A DNA stretch of 64,000 bases from Planctomycetota bacterium (GCA_965248445.1 CBDFJG010000003.1:960001-1024000), one strand, 5' to 3'; positions 1-9,307 are shown, numbered from the stretch's first letter. The notes: generated by a model from the letters alone, not told the origin. Numbers and translations: made by a program.

Positions 1-6
1 GGTTCG

Positions 7-630
7 ATGCCGAAGAAGGTCGTCTCGATCGCAACACTCGTGGACATGCTGCGCGGCGCCGAAGGCGCGCCCATCACCACCAATCGCATTCGCGATCTCA
101 TCGACTCGGTCCGCGTCGATGAGCGTTCGGCAAGCCAGTTCGTCCGGTTCGGCGACGACCACTACATGCGCCACCTGATTCACCGCGACGACTGGTTCGA
201 CATCATGACGATCTGCTGGCAACCCGGTCAGGGCACGCCGATCCACACGCACAACGGGCAGCTCGGCTGGGCGGTGACGCTCGAGGGCGAGCTCGACTGT
301 ACGGACTACCGATACATGGGTTGCGACCGGCCGGAGAACCAGAACGTGGCCGACATGGACTGCCTGTCGGGTGGGATGCAGGTCAAGCTCGACCCCGTGC
401 AAGAGCTCAGCGTGACGCCGGGTGGCGCCATGAACGTGGTGCACAAGCAGGTCACGATCCACTCGCTGACCGCGCCGGCCGACGCCGACGAGGGCACCGT
501 CTCGCTCCACATCTACTCCAAGCCGTTCGACTCCTGCGTCGTGTTCGATCAGGCCCGCGGCATGTGCCAGCGCAAGGAGCTCTGGTTCGACTCGGCGCCC
601 GGCGGCTACAAGGTGCGGGTCCGAGCCTGA
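7..630 (+). CDS. Cysteine dioxygenase type I family (cupin) protein
   Basis: YMRHL (Arg-type), W-x-PGQGTPIHTH metal motif, third His in IHSL, SLHIYS motif; Gly at the position of the mammalian cross-link Cys, as in bacterial CDOs. Confidence 0.85.
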   Translation: MPKKVVSIATLVDMLRGAEGAPITTNRIRDLIDSVRVDERSASQFVRFGDDHYMRHLIHRDDWFDIMTICWQPGQGTPIHTHNGQLGWAVTLEGELDCTDYRYMGCDRPENQNVADMDCLSGGMQVKLDPVQELSVTPGGAMNVVHKQVTIHSLTAPADADEGTVSLHIYSKPFDSCVVFDQARGMCQRKELWFDSAPGGYKVRVRA

Positions 631-731
631 CCAGCCTCGGTTCGGGCGGATCGCACGGGCAATACGGCTCACGTGCGCGGCCCTGCTGGTCTCGCTATCC
701 TCGACACCCACAATCCAGGGGTCTCACGCAC

Positions 732-2654
732 ATGGGCGAGCACGACGTCAACACGGAAGTCACCGAGGCGGAGCTGCGCGAATTCACCGCAGCTCTCCTC
801 GACGACGTCCGCGCACTCGGACGCATGCTCGACGAGGGGATCTTCGAGACCGGCGCGCGACGCATCGGCGCTGAGCAGGAGATGTTCCTCGTCAACAAGG
901 CGTTCCGCCCCGCGCCGCTGGCTCTCGAGTGCCTCGAGCTCATCGGCGACGACGCGTTCACGACAGAACTCGCGCAGTTCAACCTGGAGGTGAACCTGCC
1001 CGTCTACGAGTTCGAGGGCGACGTGCTCTCGCGGATGGAGAGGGAACTGCGTGAGAAGTGTGAGGGCGCGCTCGAGAAGATCGCGCCCCTCGGTGCCAAG
1101 GTCCTCCTGACCGGCATCCTGCCGAGCCTTCGCCAGTCTGACCTGGGCCTCGAGAACATGACCCCGATGCCGCGGTACTACGCGCTGAACAACGCGATGG
1201 TGCGGCTGCGCGGCGGCGAGTTCGAGATGCGGATCAAGGGCATCGACGAACTCTACGCATCGCACGACAACGTGATGCTCGAAGCGTGCAACACCAGCTT
1301 CCAGCTGCACTACCAGGTGTCGCCCGAGGAGTTCGCGCCGATGTACAACCTGGCGCAGCTCATCACCGGGCCCTGTCTAGCGCCGGCGGTCAACTCTCCG
1401 TTCATGCTCGGGAAGCGGTTGTGGCACGAGACACGCGTCGCGCTCTTCCAGCAGTCCGTCGACGGGCGCAGCACGGCGAAGCAGATCCGTGGCGGGCGGC
1501 CGCGCGTGCACTTCGGCGACCAGTGGATCGACGAGTCAATCCTCGAGATCTTCAAGGAGGACGTCGCGCGGTTCGGCGCGTTGCTCTCCGTCGAGCTCGG
1601 CGAGAACTCGCTCACCATGCTCGATCGCGGCGAGATCCCCGATCTGCGGGCGCTGCGCCTTCACAACGGCACGATCTACCGCTGGAACCGGCCGTGCTAC
1701 GGCGTCCATCAGGGCAAGGCGCACATGCGCATCGAGAACCGCACGCTGCCCGCCGGGCCGACGATCGTGGACGAGATGGCCAACACGGCGCTCTTTTTCG
1801 GCCTCATGGCGGCCGGTCCCGAGCAGTACAGCAACCTGCGCGACCGCATCGGGTTCGACGACGTGAAGGCGAACTTCGTGGCGGCCGCGCGTCTCGGGAT
1901 GAAGGCACAGTTCACGTGGCTCGACGGGGTCCAGATCCCGGCGGGCGAGCTTCTTCTTCGCGAGCTGATCCCGCTGGCACGGCAGGGGCTCGCCGACCGC
2001 GGAGTGGACACGCACGACGTGGACCGATACCTCGGCGTGCTGGAGGACCGCGTGAAGTCCGGCCGCACCGGAGCACAGTGGGCACTCGACTCGTTCGCAC
2101 GCCTGGGCGATCACGGCACGCTCGACGAGCGAATGCGCGCGCTGACGCACGCAACGCACAAGCGACAGGTGAGCTCCGAGCCCGTGCACACATGGGACCT
2201 CGTCGACCGCAGCGAAGCGCCGGACTGGCGCTTCTCCTACGAGACGGTCGGGCAGTTCATGACGACGGATCTCTTCACCGTCCGCCCCGGGGACATCGTC
2301 GACCTGGCGGCGAACGTGATGGATTGGGAGCGTATCCGGCACATCCCCGTCGAGAACGACGACGGCACGCTCGTCGGCCTTGTCTCCCACCGCACGCTAT
2401 TGCGCCTGCTCGCCAAGGGTTACGGCAAGAGTCCCGAACCGACGTCGGTCGAGTCCGTGATGAAGAAGGACCCGATCACCGTGTCTCCAGACACTCGTAC
2501 GATCGACGCCATCCGGCTCATGCGTAACAAGCAGGTCGGCTGTCTGCCCGTGATCGACCGCGGCCGGCTCGTCGGGATCATCACGGAGCGCGATCTGATC
2601 GACATCTCGGCCAACCTGCTCGAAAACCACCTGCGTGAGGCCCTCGAAGGGTGA
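732..2654 (+). CDS. Glutamate-cysteine ligase family (GCS2-like) amidoligase with C-terminal CBS pair
   Basis: GAEQEMFLV, TTELAQFNLEVN, EACNTSFQLH, RWNRPCY, RIENRTLPAGP; C-terminal tandem CBS repeats (VGQFMTTD...IRHIPV...LVGLVS; VMKKDPITV...VGCLPV...LVGIITERD). Start moved to the in-frame ATG at 732. Confidence 0.85.
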   Translation: MGEHDVNTEVTEAELREFTAALLDDVRALGRMLDEGIFETGARRIGAEQEMFLVNKAFRPAPLALECLELIGDDAFTTELAQFNLEVNLPVYEFEGDVLSRMERELREKCEGALEKIAPLGAKVLLTGILPSLRQSDLGLENMTPMPRYYALNNAMVRLRGGEFEMRIKGIDELYASHDNVMLEACNTSFQLHYQVSPEEFAPMYNLAQLITGPCLAPAVNSPFMLGKRLWHETRVALFQQSVDGRSTAKQIRGGRPRVHFGDQWIDESILEIFKEDVARFGALLSVELGENSLTMLDRGEIPDLRALRLHNGTIYRWNRPCYGVHQGKAHMRIENRTLPAGPTIVDEMANTALFFGLMAAGPEQYSNLRDRIGFDDVKANFVAAARLGMKAQFTWLDGVQIPAGELLLRELIPLARQGLADRGVDTHDVDRYLGVLEDRVKSGRTGAQWALDSFARLGDHGTLDERMRALTHATHKRQVSSEPVHTWDLVDRSEAPDWRFSYETVGQFMTTDLFTVRPGDIVDLAANVMDWERIRHIPVENDDGTLVGLVSHRTLLRLLAKGYGKSPEPTSVESVMKKDPITVSPDTRTIDAIRLMRNKQVGCLPVIDRGRLVGIITERDLIDISANLLENHLREALEG

Positions 2655-3820
2655 CCGTAGAGGTGTCACCCCCTGCGGAATCACGCCTCTCCGAGCGCCT
2701 CATCGGGCGCTACGGAGGGGACCTCGACGGGCCGACCCTGATCGTCTGCGGCGGCTTGCACGGAAACGAGCCGAGTGGGGCCGACGCATCGGAGCGCGTG
2801 CTGGCCGAACTCGAGGAGACGCGTCCCACCGTGCGCGGCCAGATCCTGTTCGTGCGGGGCAACCTGGCGGCCCTCGACGCGCGGTGCCGCTACGTGGACC
2901 TCGACATGAACAGGGTCTGGAGCGACGCCCGCGTCGGCGTGCTGCGCGTTGGAGGTGACATCGGGCACACGTCCGAAGACCGCGAGCAGGCGGAGCTGCT
3001 CGATCTCCTGGACCGTGCGGTCCGCGCCGGGACGGGACCCATGACGGTCCTCGACCTCCACACGACGTCGTCGGAGAGCCCGCCCTTCGCGATCTTCAGC
3101 GACACGCTCGAGAACCGCGTACTGGTGCTCGCCCTCGGCGTGCCGGCGATCCTCGGACTCGAGGAGCGCGTAGACGGCACGCTGCTCGACTTCGCCACGC
3201 GGGAAGGACATCGCTCCTTCGTCGTCGAGGGCGGCGGACACGACGCACCCGCATCACGCGAGAACCACGTCGCAACGATCTGGCTGACCATGATATCCAC
3301 CGGCGTCATCGACGAGGAGCACGTGCCGCGAGCGAGGGCCTCCCGCGAACAACTGAAGCAGGCCTCATCCGGCGCGCCCCCCGTCTCGGAGATCCGCTAC
3401 CGCCATCGAGTCACGGACGAAGGCGGCTTCACGATGAAGCCCGGGTTCCGCGGGTTCGACGCGGTCACGGCCGGCCAGGTCGTGGGATCGGACGGACGCG
3501 GCGACGTCCGCGCGCCCGAAGCGGGACGCCTGCTGATGCCGCTCTACCAGCGACAGGGCCGGGACGGCTTCTTCGTCGTCCGCAGCGTGTCGCCGTTCTG
3601 GCTGACCGTCTCGCGCTGGCTCCGCGCGGTTCGCTTCGATCTCGTGCTGCTCGTGCTGCCGGGAGTACAGCGCGACTCGGCGAATTCGCAGGTGATCGAG
3701 GTGGACCCACGGATCGCCCGACTGTTCACGGTCCGGCTGTTCCACCTCGCCGGATACCGCGGCCGCGGACGGCGCGGACGCAAGCTGCTGTTCGCCCGAC
3801 GCGTCCTCGGACACCGCTGA
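2651..3820 (+). CDS. Succinylglutamate desuccinylase/aspartoacylase (M14-like zinc amidohydrolase) family protein
   Basis: GGLHGNEPSG, RYVDLDMNR, VLDLHTTS, VVEGG; GTGA overlap with the upstream ligase. Confidence 0.85.
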   Translation: MTVEVSPPAESRLSERLIGRYGGDLDGPTLIVCGGLHGNEPSGADASERVLAELEETRPTVRGQILFVRGNLAALDARCRYVDLDMNRVWSDARVGVLRVGGDIGHTSEDREQAELLDLLDRAVRAGTGPMTVLDLHTTSSESPPFAIFSDTLENRVLVLALGVPAILGLEERVDGTLLDFATREGHRSFVVEGGGHDAPASRENHVATIWLTMISTGVIDEEHVPRARASREQLKQASSGAPPVSEIRYRHRVTDEGGFTMKPGFRGFDAVTAGQVVGSDGRGDVRAPEAGRLLMPLYQRQGRDGFFVVRSVSPFWLTVSRWLRAVRFDLVLLVLPGVQRDSANSQVIEVDPRIARLFTVRLFHLAGYRGRGRRGRKLLFARRVLGHR

Positions 3821-3840
3821 CCTCGGACAGGCGCGTGTGC

Positions 3841-4003
3841 AGCCCGCTTCGTTCACCAGGATTGCGCGGGCAGCAAGGACGTTCGCAACGGAGTGGAGTC
3901 CGTGCCGACGCCGGCCTACTCGGCGCCGTGCGAGGCGAGCCAACGCAGAGATCGCGCGCACCGCGAAGCGTCAGGCGCGTGATCCTGGTGAACGACGCGG
4001 GCT
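3841..4003. repeat. 163-bp MITE/REP-like element bounded by 28-bp imperfect inverted repeats
   Basis: 3841-3868 AGCCCGCTTCGTTCACCAGGATTGCGCG vs reverse complement of 3976-4003 AGCCCGCGTCGTTCACCAGGATCACGCG (25/28 identical); lies between convergent genes. Confidence 0.65.
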
Positions 4004-4406
4004 ACCGGTAGTCGAAGCGGAACTTCTCGGTCGGCGCGCGGTCGACGCGGATGAGCTTCGATCTGGCGGTCGCGATGACGGCGTTGCGCATCTTGCCGTC
4101 GCCGTCGCGGTACCAGAACGTGGTGGTCCCGTCGGCGGACGTCACGTCAATCAGGTCGCCGAAGTGCTCGGGCACGAAGAACACGTCCCGCCGCTCCCGC
4201 TCTTCCTTGACGGTCTTGGCGCCGCCGTCGGAGCGGAGCCGCGTCGCCATCGAGTAGATCTCCTTGACGTCACCCGCCCTGGTGGCGCCGCGCGTGTGCG
4301 GGGCCAACGGCGTGAGCTGCTGCGCGTCGGCCGCGCCGCCGCCTCCTAGCAAGAGCACGGCCGCAGCGCCGACGCCGGCGGCGAGAATCAGGTCCAGAAT
4401 GCGCAT
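4002..4406 (-). CDS. Hypothetical exported protein (134 aa)
   Basis: N-terminal signal peptide ending ADA-Q, GGAGGTG Shine-Dalgarno upstream, coding-like composition. Confidence 0.7.
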   Translation of the reverse strand: MRILDLILAAGVGAAAVLLLGGGGAADAQQLTPLAPHTRGATRAGDVKEIYSMATRLRSDGGAKTVKEERERRDVFFVPEHFGDLIDVTSADGTTTFWYRDGDGKMRNAVIATARSKLIRVDRAPTEKFRFDYR

Positions 4407-4426
4407 GGGGCACCTCCGTAAGGGTC

Positions 4427-4491
4427 AGACGCGCGAGGAGCCCCGTCCTTACAGCAAGACCCGGACTTACAGCAGAGACTCGGCCTTACAC
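4427..4491 (-). promoter_or_regulatory. Three TGTAAG direct repeats (18-19 bp period); the proximal one forms an ECF-type TGTAAG-N16-CGTC promoter
   Basis: CTTACA at 4448, 4466 and 4485 on +; CGTC at 4431-4428 on -. Confidence 0.4.
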
Positions 4492-5451
4492 GATGCCATG
4501 GGGAAGTTCGGCGCCCGTCAGACCGGCCAGCAGGTTGCGGGCGGCGATCTCGGCCATCTCGCCGCGGCTCCAGACGGTGGCGCTTCCGATGTGAGGAGTC
4601 ACGACCGCGTTCGGGAGTGCGAGCAGGGGGTGATCCGGAGGTAGCGGCTCGGGATCGGCCACGTCCAGACCGGCCGCGAAGATCTCACCGTCCGTGAGAG
4701 CGGCGACGAGCGCGTCGGTGTCCACCATCGCACCGCGCGCCGTGTTCACCAGCACGGCCGTCGGCTTCATGAGATCGAGTTCCCGCGCGCCGATCAGGCC
4801 GGTCGTCTCGGGCGTGAGAGCGCAGTGCAGCGAGACGAAGTCGCTCTCGGAGAGCAACTCGTCCAGCGAGACATGCCGGGCGGCCATCTCCCTCTCGACG
4901 GCCGGCTTCGGCGACGGCCCCGCGTAGAGGACGCTCATCCCGAACCCGAAGTGGCAACGGGACGCGAGCGCCGATCCGATGCGCCCCATCCCGACGATGC
5001 CGACGACGGCACCCACGAGATCCTGGCCGCGCAGCCCGCGCGGTTCCCAGGTGCGCCACGCGCCCGACTTCACGTTGTCGACGGCCTCCGGCAAGCGCCG
5101 GGCCGCGGAGATCAGCAGACAGAATGCTAGGTCCGCGCTCGCCTCGGTGAGCGCCCCCGGGGTGTTCCCGACGGCGATCCCTTGCTCGCGGGCGGCCTCG
5201 AGATCGATGTTGTCCACCCCCGCCGCGTACTGGCTGATCACGCGCAGATCCGGGCACGCCTCGATCAACTCGCGGTCGATCCGGTCCGACAGCATCGTCA
5301 GGAGCCCCGCCGCGCCGACCGACCGCCGCCGCAGGTCGTCGTACTCCGGGGGCTCGGATTTCGGCCACACGTCGAGCTCACACTGCTCCGCCAGCAGGTC
5401 GAGCCCCACCTGAGGGATACGACGGGTGACGAACACGCGCGGGAGTGCCAT
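4486..5451 (-). CDS. D-2-hydroxyacid dehydrogenase (glyoxylate/hydroxypyruvate reductase, D-glycerate dehydrogenase type)
   Basis: RVFVTRRIP, VGNTPG, GMGRIG NAD-binding motif, LVNTARG, AGLDV-x-x-PEP, TPHIGSAT; start set at MALPRVFV. Confidence 0.92.
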   Translation of the reverse strand: MALPRVFVTRRIPQVGLDLLAEQCELDVWPKSEPPEYDDLRRRSVGAAGLLTMLSDRIDRELIEACPDLRVISQYAAGVDNIDLEAAREQGIAVGNTPGALTEASADLAFCLLISAARRLPEAVDNVKSGAWRTWEPRGLRGQDLVGAVVGIVGMGRIGSALASRCHFGFGMSVLYAGPSPKPAVEREMAARHVSLDELLSESDFVSLHCALTPETTGLIGARELDLMKPTAVLVNTARGAMVDTDALVAALTDGEIFAAGLDVADPEPLPPDHPLLALPNAVVTPHIGSATVWSRGEMAEIAARNLLAGLTGAELPHGIV

Positions 5452-5474
5452 GGGCGGAGTGTAATGGCCGTCCC

Positions 5475-6149
5475 ATGCACGACTGGCAGTCCCCGGACAC
5501 GGCCACCGCCGTCGCGGCCGCAATCGCCGCAGCCGACGCGGCGGATTGCGCGGCGCGGGCGATCGCCTGCGACGACACGACGCTGCGGATCGGCGGCTCC
5601 GTGTTCTCGCGCAAGGACGTGAGCCGAGTGCACTTGGTGGCCGCGGGCAAGGCGGCTGAGCGCATGGCCTCGGGCGCCCACTCCGCGCTGGAACGCAAGA
5701 TCCCGGTGTCGGGGACGATCCTGACGCTCCAGCACGGAAGCGACGGGTATCGACTCGGCCCGTTCCGGCTCGAGCGAGTGCGGCCGCTGAAGTGGAATCT
5801 CCCGACGGCCCACGCCGCGTTGGCGACGCGGCGTGTTCTCGAAGAGGTTGCAGCCCTTGACGACGATGCAGTGCTGCTCGTGCTCCTGACCGGCGGAGCG
5901 TCCGCGATGCTCTGTGCGCCGCGTGCCCCCGTAACGCTCGAAGACTGCGTTGCGACGACTCGTACGATGAACGCGGCCGGCGCTCCCATCGATCTGTTGA
6001 ACGCCGTGCGCCGTCGAATCGACGACGCAAAGGGAGGAGGGCTGGCCGCCGCCGCGAGCGGCGCGCACGCAGCGGTCGGCCTGCTTCTGTCCGACGTTGA
6101 CGGAGACGATCCCGCGATCATCGGTTCGGGCCCGCTCGTGCCGTTACGA
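5475..6149 (+). pseudogene. Glycerate 2-kinase (DUF4147/MOFRL family) N-terminal part, truncated at the IS
   Basis: AAGKAA, LLTGGASA, GAPIDLLNAVRRRID..KGGGLA, LLSDVDGDDPAIIGSGP; reading frame runs into the IS end at 6150; no C-terminal MOFRL domain on the other side. Confidence 0.8.
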
Positions 6150-7197
6150 CCATGGGTATCGGGTTGACGACCGTAGCCACTAGATGTAGTGTCTGTGCCC
6201 TGTGGCGCGCCCCGGCTACCCTGGCAGCATCCTGGAATTCACGCGCCAGTTCGCCACCGAGCAGCAGTGCTTGGACTACGTCGTGCGCTGCCGTTGGCCC
6301 GATGGGTTTCGCTGCCGACGTTGCGGCGGCGCGAAGTCGTGGCCGCGCCCCGACCGCAAGGGACTGCGCTGCGCGGCGTGTGATCTGATCACGTCGGTCA
6401 CCGCCGGGACGGTCATGCACCACAGCCGGCTGCCGCTGCGCACGTGGTTGTGGGCCGCGTACATGGTGTCTACCGACAAGCGCGGCGTCTCAGCACTCGC
6501 GCTCCAGCGCCAGTTGGGGTTTGGCTGCTACGAGACAGCCTATCAGCTGCTGCAGAAACTGCGGACCGCGATGGTCGCTCCCGAGAGGCGCCCGCTCCAC
6601 GGCGTCGTGGAGGTCGATGAGACATTGATCGGCGCGCCGTACCGCGGCCGCCCCGAACGCACGCCTTTGGACAAGGCCGTAGTCGTGGGAGCAGTCGAGG
6701 TGCGCCCGACGAAGAAGGGCGGTCTGCAGCCCGGCCGCGCGCGACTGCGGCACGTGGCCCGCGCGAAGAAAGAGAAACTGATCGGCTTCGTGAAGGATGT
6801 CGTCGAGCCGTCGTCGCTGGTGGTCACCGACGGCCATGAGACGTACGCAGTGCTCGAGGAAGCGGGCTATGAACACGGTGTGGAATCAACATCGATCGGC
6901 GATGCGCAGGCCGACGTCCTGGGGCACCTCCACATGGTCTTCGCCAACCTGAAGACGTGGCTGTCGGGGACCCACCACGGTGGCGTATCGAAGAAGCACC
7001 TGCAGCGCTACCTCGACGAGTTCGTCTTCCGCTTCAACCGTCGCAAGACGCCGCAGGCCGCGTTCCAGACCCTGCTCGGGATCGCCGCGAAGGCGCCTCC
7101 GCACGGCTACGGCGACGTCTACGCCGGAGAGCGCGTGCGAGGCCGGACGCCACACCACAAGATGTAGGGGGTACGGTCGTTATCCCGATACCCATGG
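6150..7197 (+). mobile_element. IS1595-family insertion sequence, about 1.05 kb
   Basis: Terminal inverted repeats 6150-6191 and 7156-7197 (35/42 matches, first 14 perfect: CCATGGGTATCGGG); single transposase; no 8-bp target duplication; exact termini uncertain by about 4 bp. Confidence 0.9.
6202..7167 (+). CDS. IS1595-family DDE transposase
   Basis: RWPDGFRCRRCG...CAAC zinc ribbon, GVSALALQRQLG HTH, VEVDET, VVTDG, HLQRYLDEFVFRFNRR. Confidence 0.93.
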   Translation: MARPGYPGSILEFTRQFATEQQCLDYVVRCRWPDGFRCRRCGGAKSWPRPDRKGLRCAACDLITSVTAGTVMHHSRLPLRTWLWAAYMVSTDKRGVSALALQRQLGFGCYETAYQLLQKLRTAMVAPERRPLHGVVEVDETLIGAPYRGRPERTPLDKAVVVGAVEVRPTKKGGLQPGRARLRHVARAKKEKLIGFVKDVVEPSSLVVTDGHETYAVLEEAGYEHGVESTSIGDAQADVLGHLHMVFANLKTWLSGTHHGGVSKKHLQRYLDEFVFRFNRRKTPQAAFQTLLGIAAKAPPHGYGDVYAGERVRGRTPHHKM

Positions 7198-7298
7198 GCG
7201 GCCCTGCTTTCGTTCTGAGCGCTCGGCGGGGCGGGAGTAGGATTCCGCGCCCCTGAGATCGCGTCGCGGTCGAGGGGGAGTCGTCGTCCGAATTCCAT

Positions 7299-7374
7299 GC
7301 CTCCTTAGCTCAGTCGGTAGAGCAACGGATTCTTAATCCGTGGGTCCGAGGTTCAAATCCTCGAGGGGGTACCA
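7299..7374 (+). tRNA. tRNA-Lys (anticodon CTT)
   Basis: Cloverleaf: acceptor GCCTCCT/AGGGGGT, D arm GCTC/GAGC, anticodon stem ACGGA/TCCGT with loop TTCTTAA, T arm CGAGG-TTCAAAT-CCTCG, encoded 3' CCA; 76 nt. Confidence 0.96.
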
Positions 7375-7538
7375 ACCAACGCCGAGAGGCCGGGAGCGCT
7401 GCTCCCGGCCTCGTTGCGTTGGTTGGGTGTCCTTTGGCTCGTCTTCTGACGAAGACGAGGCGGTTGGGGCGAACCCTGCTTGCCGTCGTCGTTGCGTTGA
7501 TGCTTCGCGCGCGCGAGAGGTTGCTGTCTCTTGGCGTC

Positions 7539-8429
7539 GTGGGTGGAAGCAAGTGGCTGCTGATCGCGGTGCTGGCCGTCGGAACGGTCGCGGTCTCGAC
7601 GGCGGCGCCGCTGATCGAGCTCTCGGGCATCCCAAAGCTGTCGATCGCGGCGTGGCGGACGCTCTTGTGCGGCGCGGTGTACGCCGTGTTCGCTGCGGTA
7701 CGGCGGGAGTCGCTGATGGCGGCGGCGCGAACCGGCGGTGTGCGGATGCTCGTCGCGGCCGCGCTGCTCGGCGCGCACTTCGCGCTGTGGATCAGTGCGT
7801 TCGATCACACGTCGTACGCCGCCGCCGTGCTGCTGCTCGTGACGCAGCCGATGTTCGGCGCGGTGCTCGGGCGCATGGTCTATCGCGAGACGCTGGGACC
7901 GCGGACGATCGCTGCTCTGCTCATCTCGGCGACGGGGCTGTACCTGCTCGTGCAGGAGGACTTCGGGGCGGGGCAAGACCTGTTCGGCGACGTGCTGGCG
8001 ATCGTGGGGAGCCTGGCGATCGCGCTCTACTACATCGCGGTGAAGCCTTTGCGCACCGCCCTCCCGTTCGTGCCGTTCATGGCTCTGACGTACGGCGCGG
8101 GCGGTGTCATGCTGGCAGGGCTGGCCCTCGCGACCGGTGATGCGATGGTGGGCTTCCCCGCGGTGGAGTGGGCCGTCATCGCCGCGCTCGCTCTCCTGCC
8201 GACCGTGGTCGGGCATGCGTGCTTCAATTGGGCTGTCCCGCGCGTACGGTTCTTCACTCTGAACCTGCTCATCGTGCTGGAGCCGGCCATCGCGCTGCTC
8301 TTGGGGGCGTGGCTGCTGCACGAGAGCGCGACGACGACCGAGTTGCTCGGCGGTGCGGTGCTCGCGGCGGCGGTGCTGGTCGGTGCGTGGCGGCGTCGGA
8401 CGCAGATCGACGGAGTGGAGGGTCCATGA
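7539..8429 (+). CDS. DMT/EamA family permease
   Basis: About 10 hydrophobic segments in two repeats; HFALWISAFDHTS, GHACFNWAV, LIVLEP; start uncertain (GTG 7539 or ATG 7500). Confidence 0.85.
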   Translation: MGGSKWLLIAVLAVGTVAVSTAAPLIELSGIPKLSIAAWRTLLCGAVYAVFAAVRRESLMAAARTGGVRMLVAAALLGAHFALWISAFDHTSYAAAVLLLVTQPMFGAVLGRMVYRETLGPRTIAALLISATGLYLLVQEDFGAGQDLFGDVLAIVGSLAIALYYIAVKPLRTALPFVPFMALTYGAGGVMLAGLALATGDAMVGFPAVEWAVIAALALLPTVVGHACFNWAVPRVRFFTLNLLIVLEPAIALLLGAWLLHESATTTELLGGAVLAAAVLVGAWRRRTQIDGVEGP

Positions 8430-9274
8430 GCGACGGTGACACGCGCGCAGCGCTCGTGTCGGATCTCCGCGCAGATCTCCGAACGACGGCCGCGCGTCTG
8501 CGCCGTCTGCTCGAGCGGGAACGCGAAGCGGGACTCACGACTCTGGTCGGGACGGCGCCACCCGTCGTCGCCGCGCCGACGCCCGCGCCGACCTCTGCGC
8601 CGACCTCTGCGCCGCGCCCTGTCGCGCCACCGCGGGCCGTCGCAACGCCGCGGGTTGCGCCGAAGAAGCGCGCCTTCGTCCCCCGCGTCGGTCCCCTCGA
8701 CCTGCCGGCGGATGCTCTCGTGCCGTTCGGCACGCTCCCCGGCGAGGTATCGGGCTGCACCCGCTGCGCACTCGCGGAGACGCGCACCTGCACGGTCTTC
8801 GGCGAGGGTGCGGCGAACGCGGACCTCGTGTTCTGCGGTGAGGCCCCCGGCTACGAAGAGGACCAGAGCGGACGGCCGTTCGTCGGGCGAGCGGGTGAAC
8901 TGCTCACCGCGATGATCGTGGGCGGTCTCCGCCTGCGGCGCGAGGACGTCTTCATCCTGAACACCCTGAAGTGCCGTCCGCCGAACAACCGGACACCCGT
9001 CCCCGACGAGCTGGCCGCGTGCCGCCCCCACCTTTCGTCCCAGCTGGCCGTGCTGAAGCCCCGGGTCATCGTCGCGTTGGGCAACGCGGCGACGCGCTCG
9101 CTCCTGGGTGCCACCACCGGGATCACCCGGCTGCGCGGGCGAGTCCTCGACGCGTTCGGAGCCAAGGTGGTGCCGACCTACCACCCCGCGTATCTGCTCC
9201 GGAACCCCGCCGCGAAGCGCGAAGCCTGGGTCGACCTGCAGAAGGTCACGCGTCTCCTGGCCGAGAGTCAGTAG
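8426..9274 (+). CDS. Uracil-DNA glycosylase, family 4 (4Fe-4S)
   Basis: CTRCAL...VFGEG, GEAPG, PFVGRAG, KCRPPNNR, YHPAYLLRNP; ATGA overlap with the DMT gene. Confidence 0.92.
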   Translation: MSDGDTRAALVSDLRADLRTTAARLRRLLEREREAGLTTLVGTAPPVVAAPTPAPTSAPTSAPRPVAPPRAVATPRVAPKKRAFVPRVGPLDLPADALVPFGTLPGEVSGCTRCALAETRTCTVFGEGAANADLVFCGEAPGYEEDQSGRPFVGRAGELLTAMIVGGLRLRREDVFILNTLKCRPPNNRTPVPDELAACRPHLSSQLAVLKPRVIVALGNAATRSLLGATTGITRLRGRVLDAFGAKVVPTYHPAYLLRNPAAKREAWVDLQKVTRLLAESQ

Positions 9275-9307
9275 GGCGCGACCGCGCGGCTGCGGCCGTT
9301 CCGAGGG

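Noticed and set aside
321..731. N-terminal extension of the ligase ORF as given in the ORF track
   Set aside because: Overlaps the CDO gene in another frame; homology-like sequence begins at ATG 732
7299..7500. tRNA-Lys as an integration site for a genomic island or prophage
   Set aside because: No integrase, and no duplicated tRNA 3' end seen in the window
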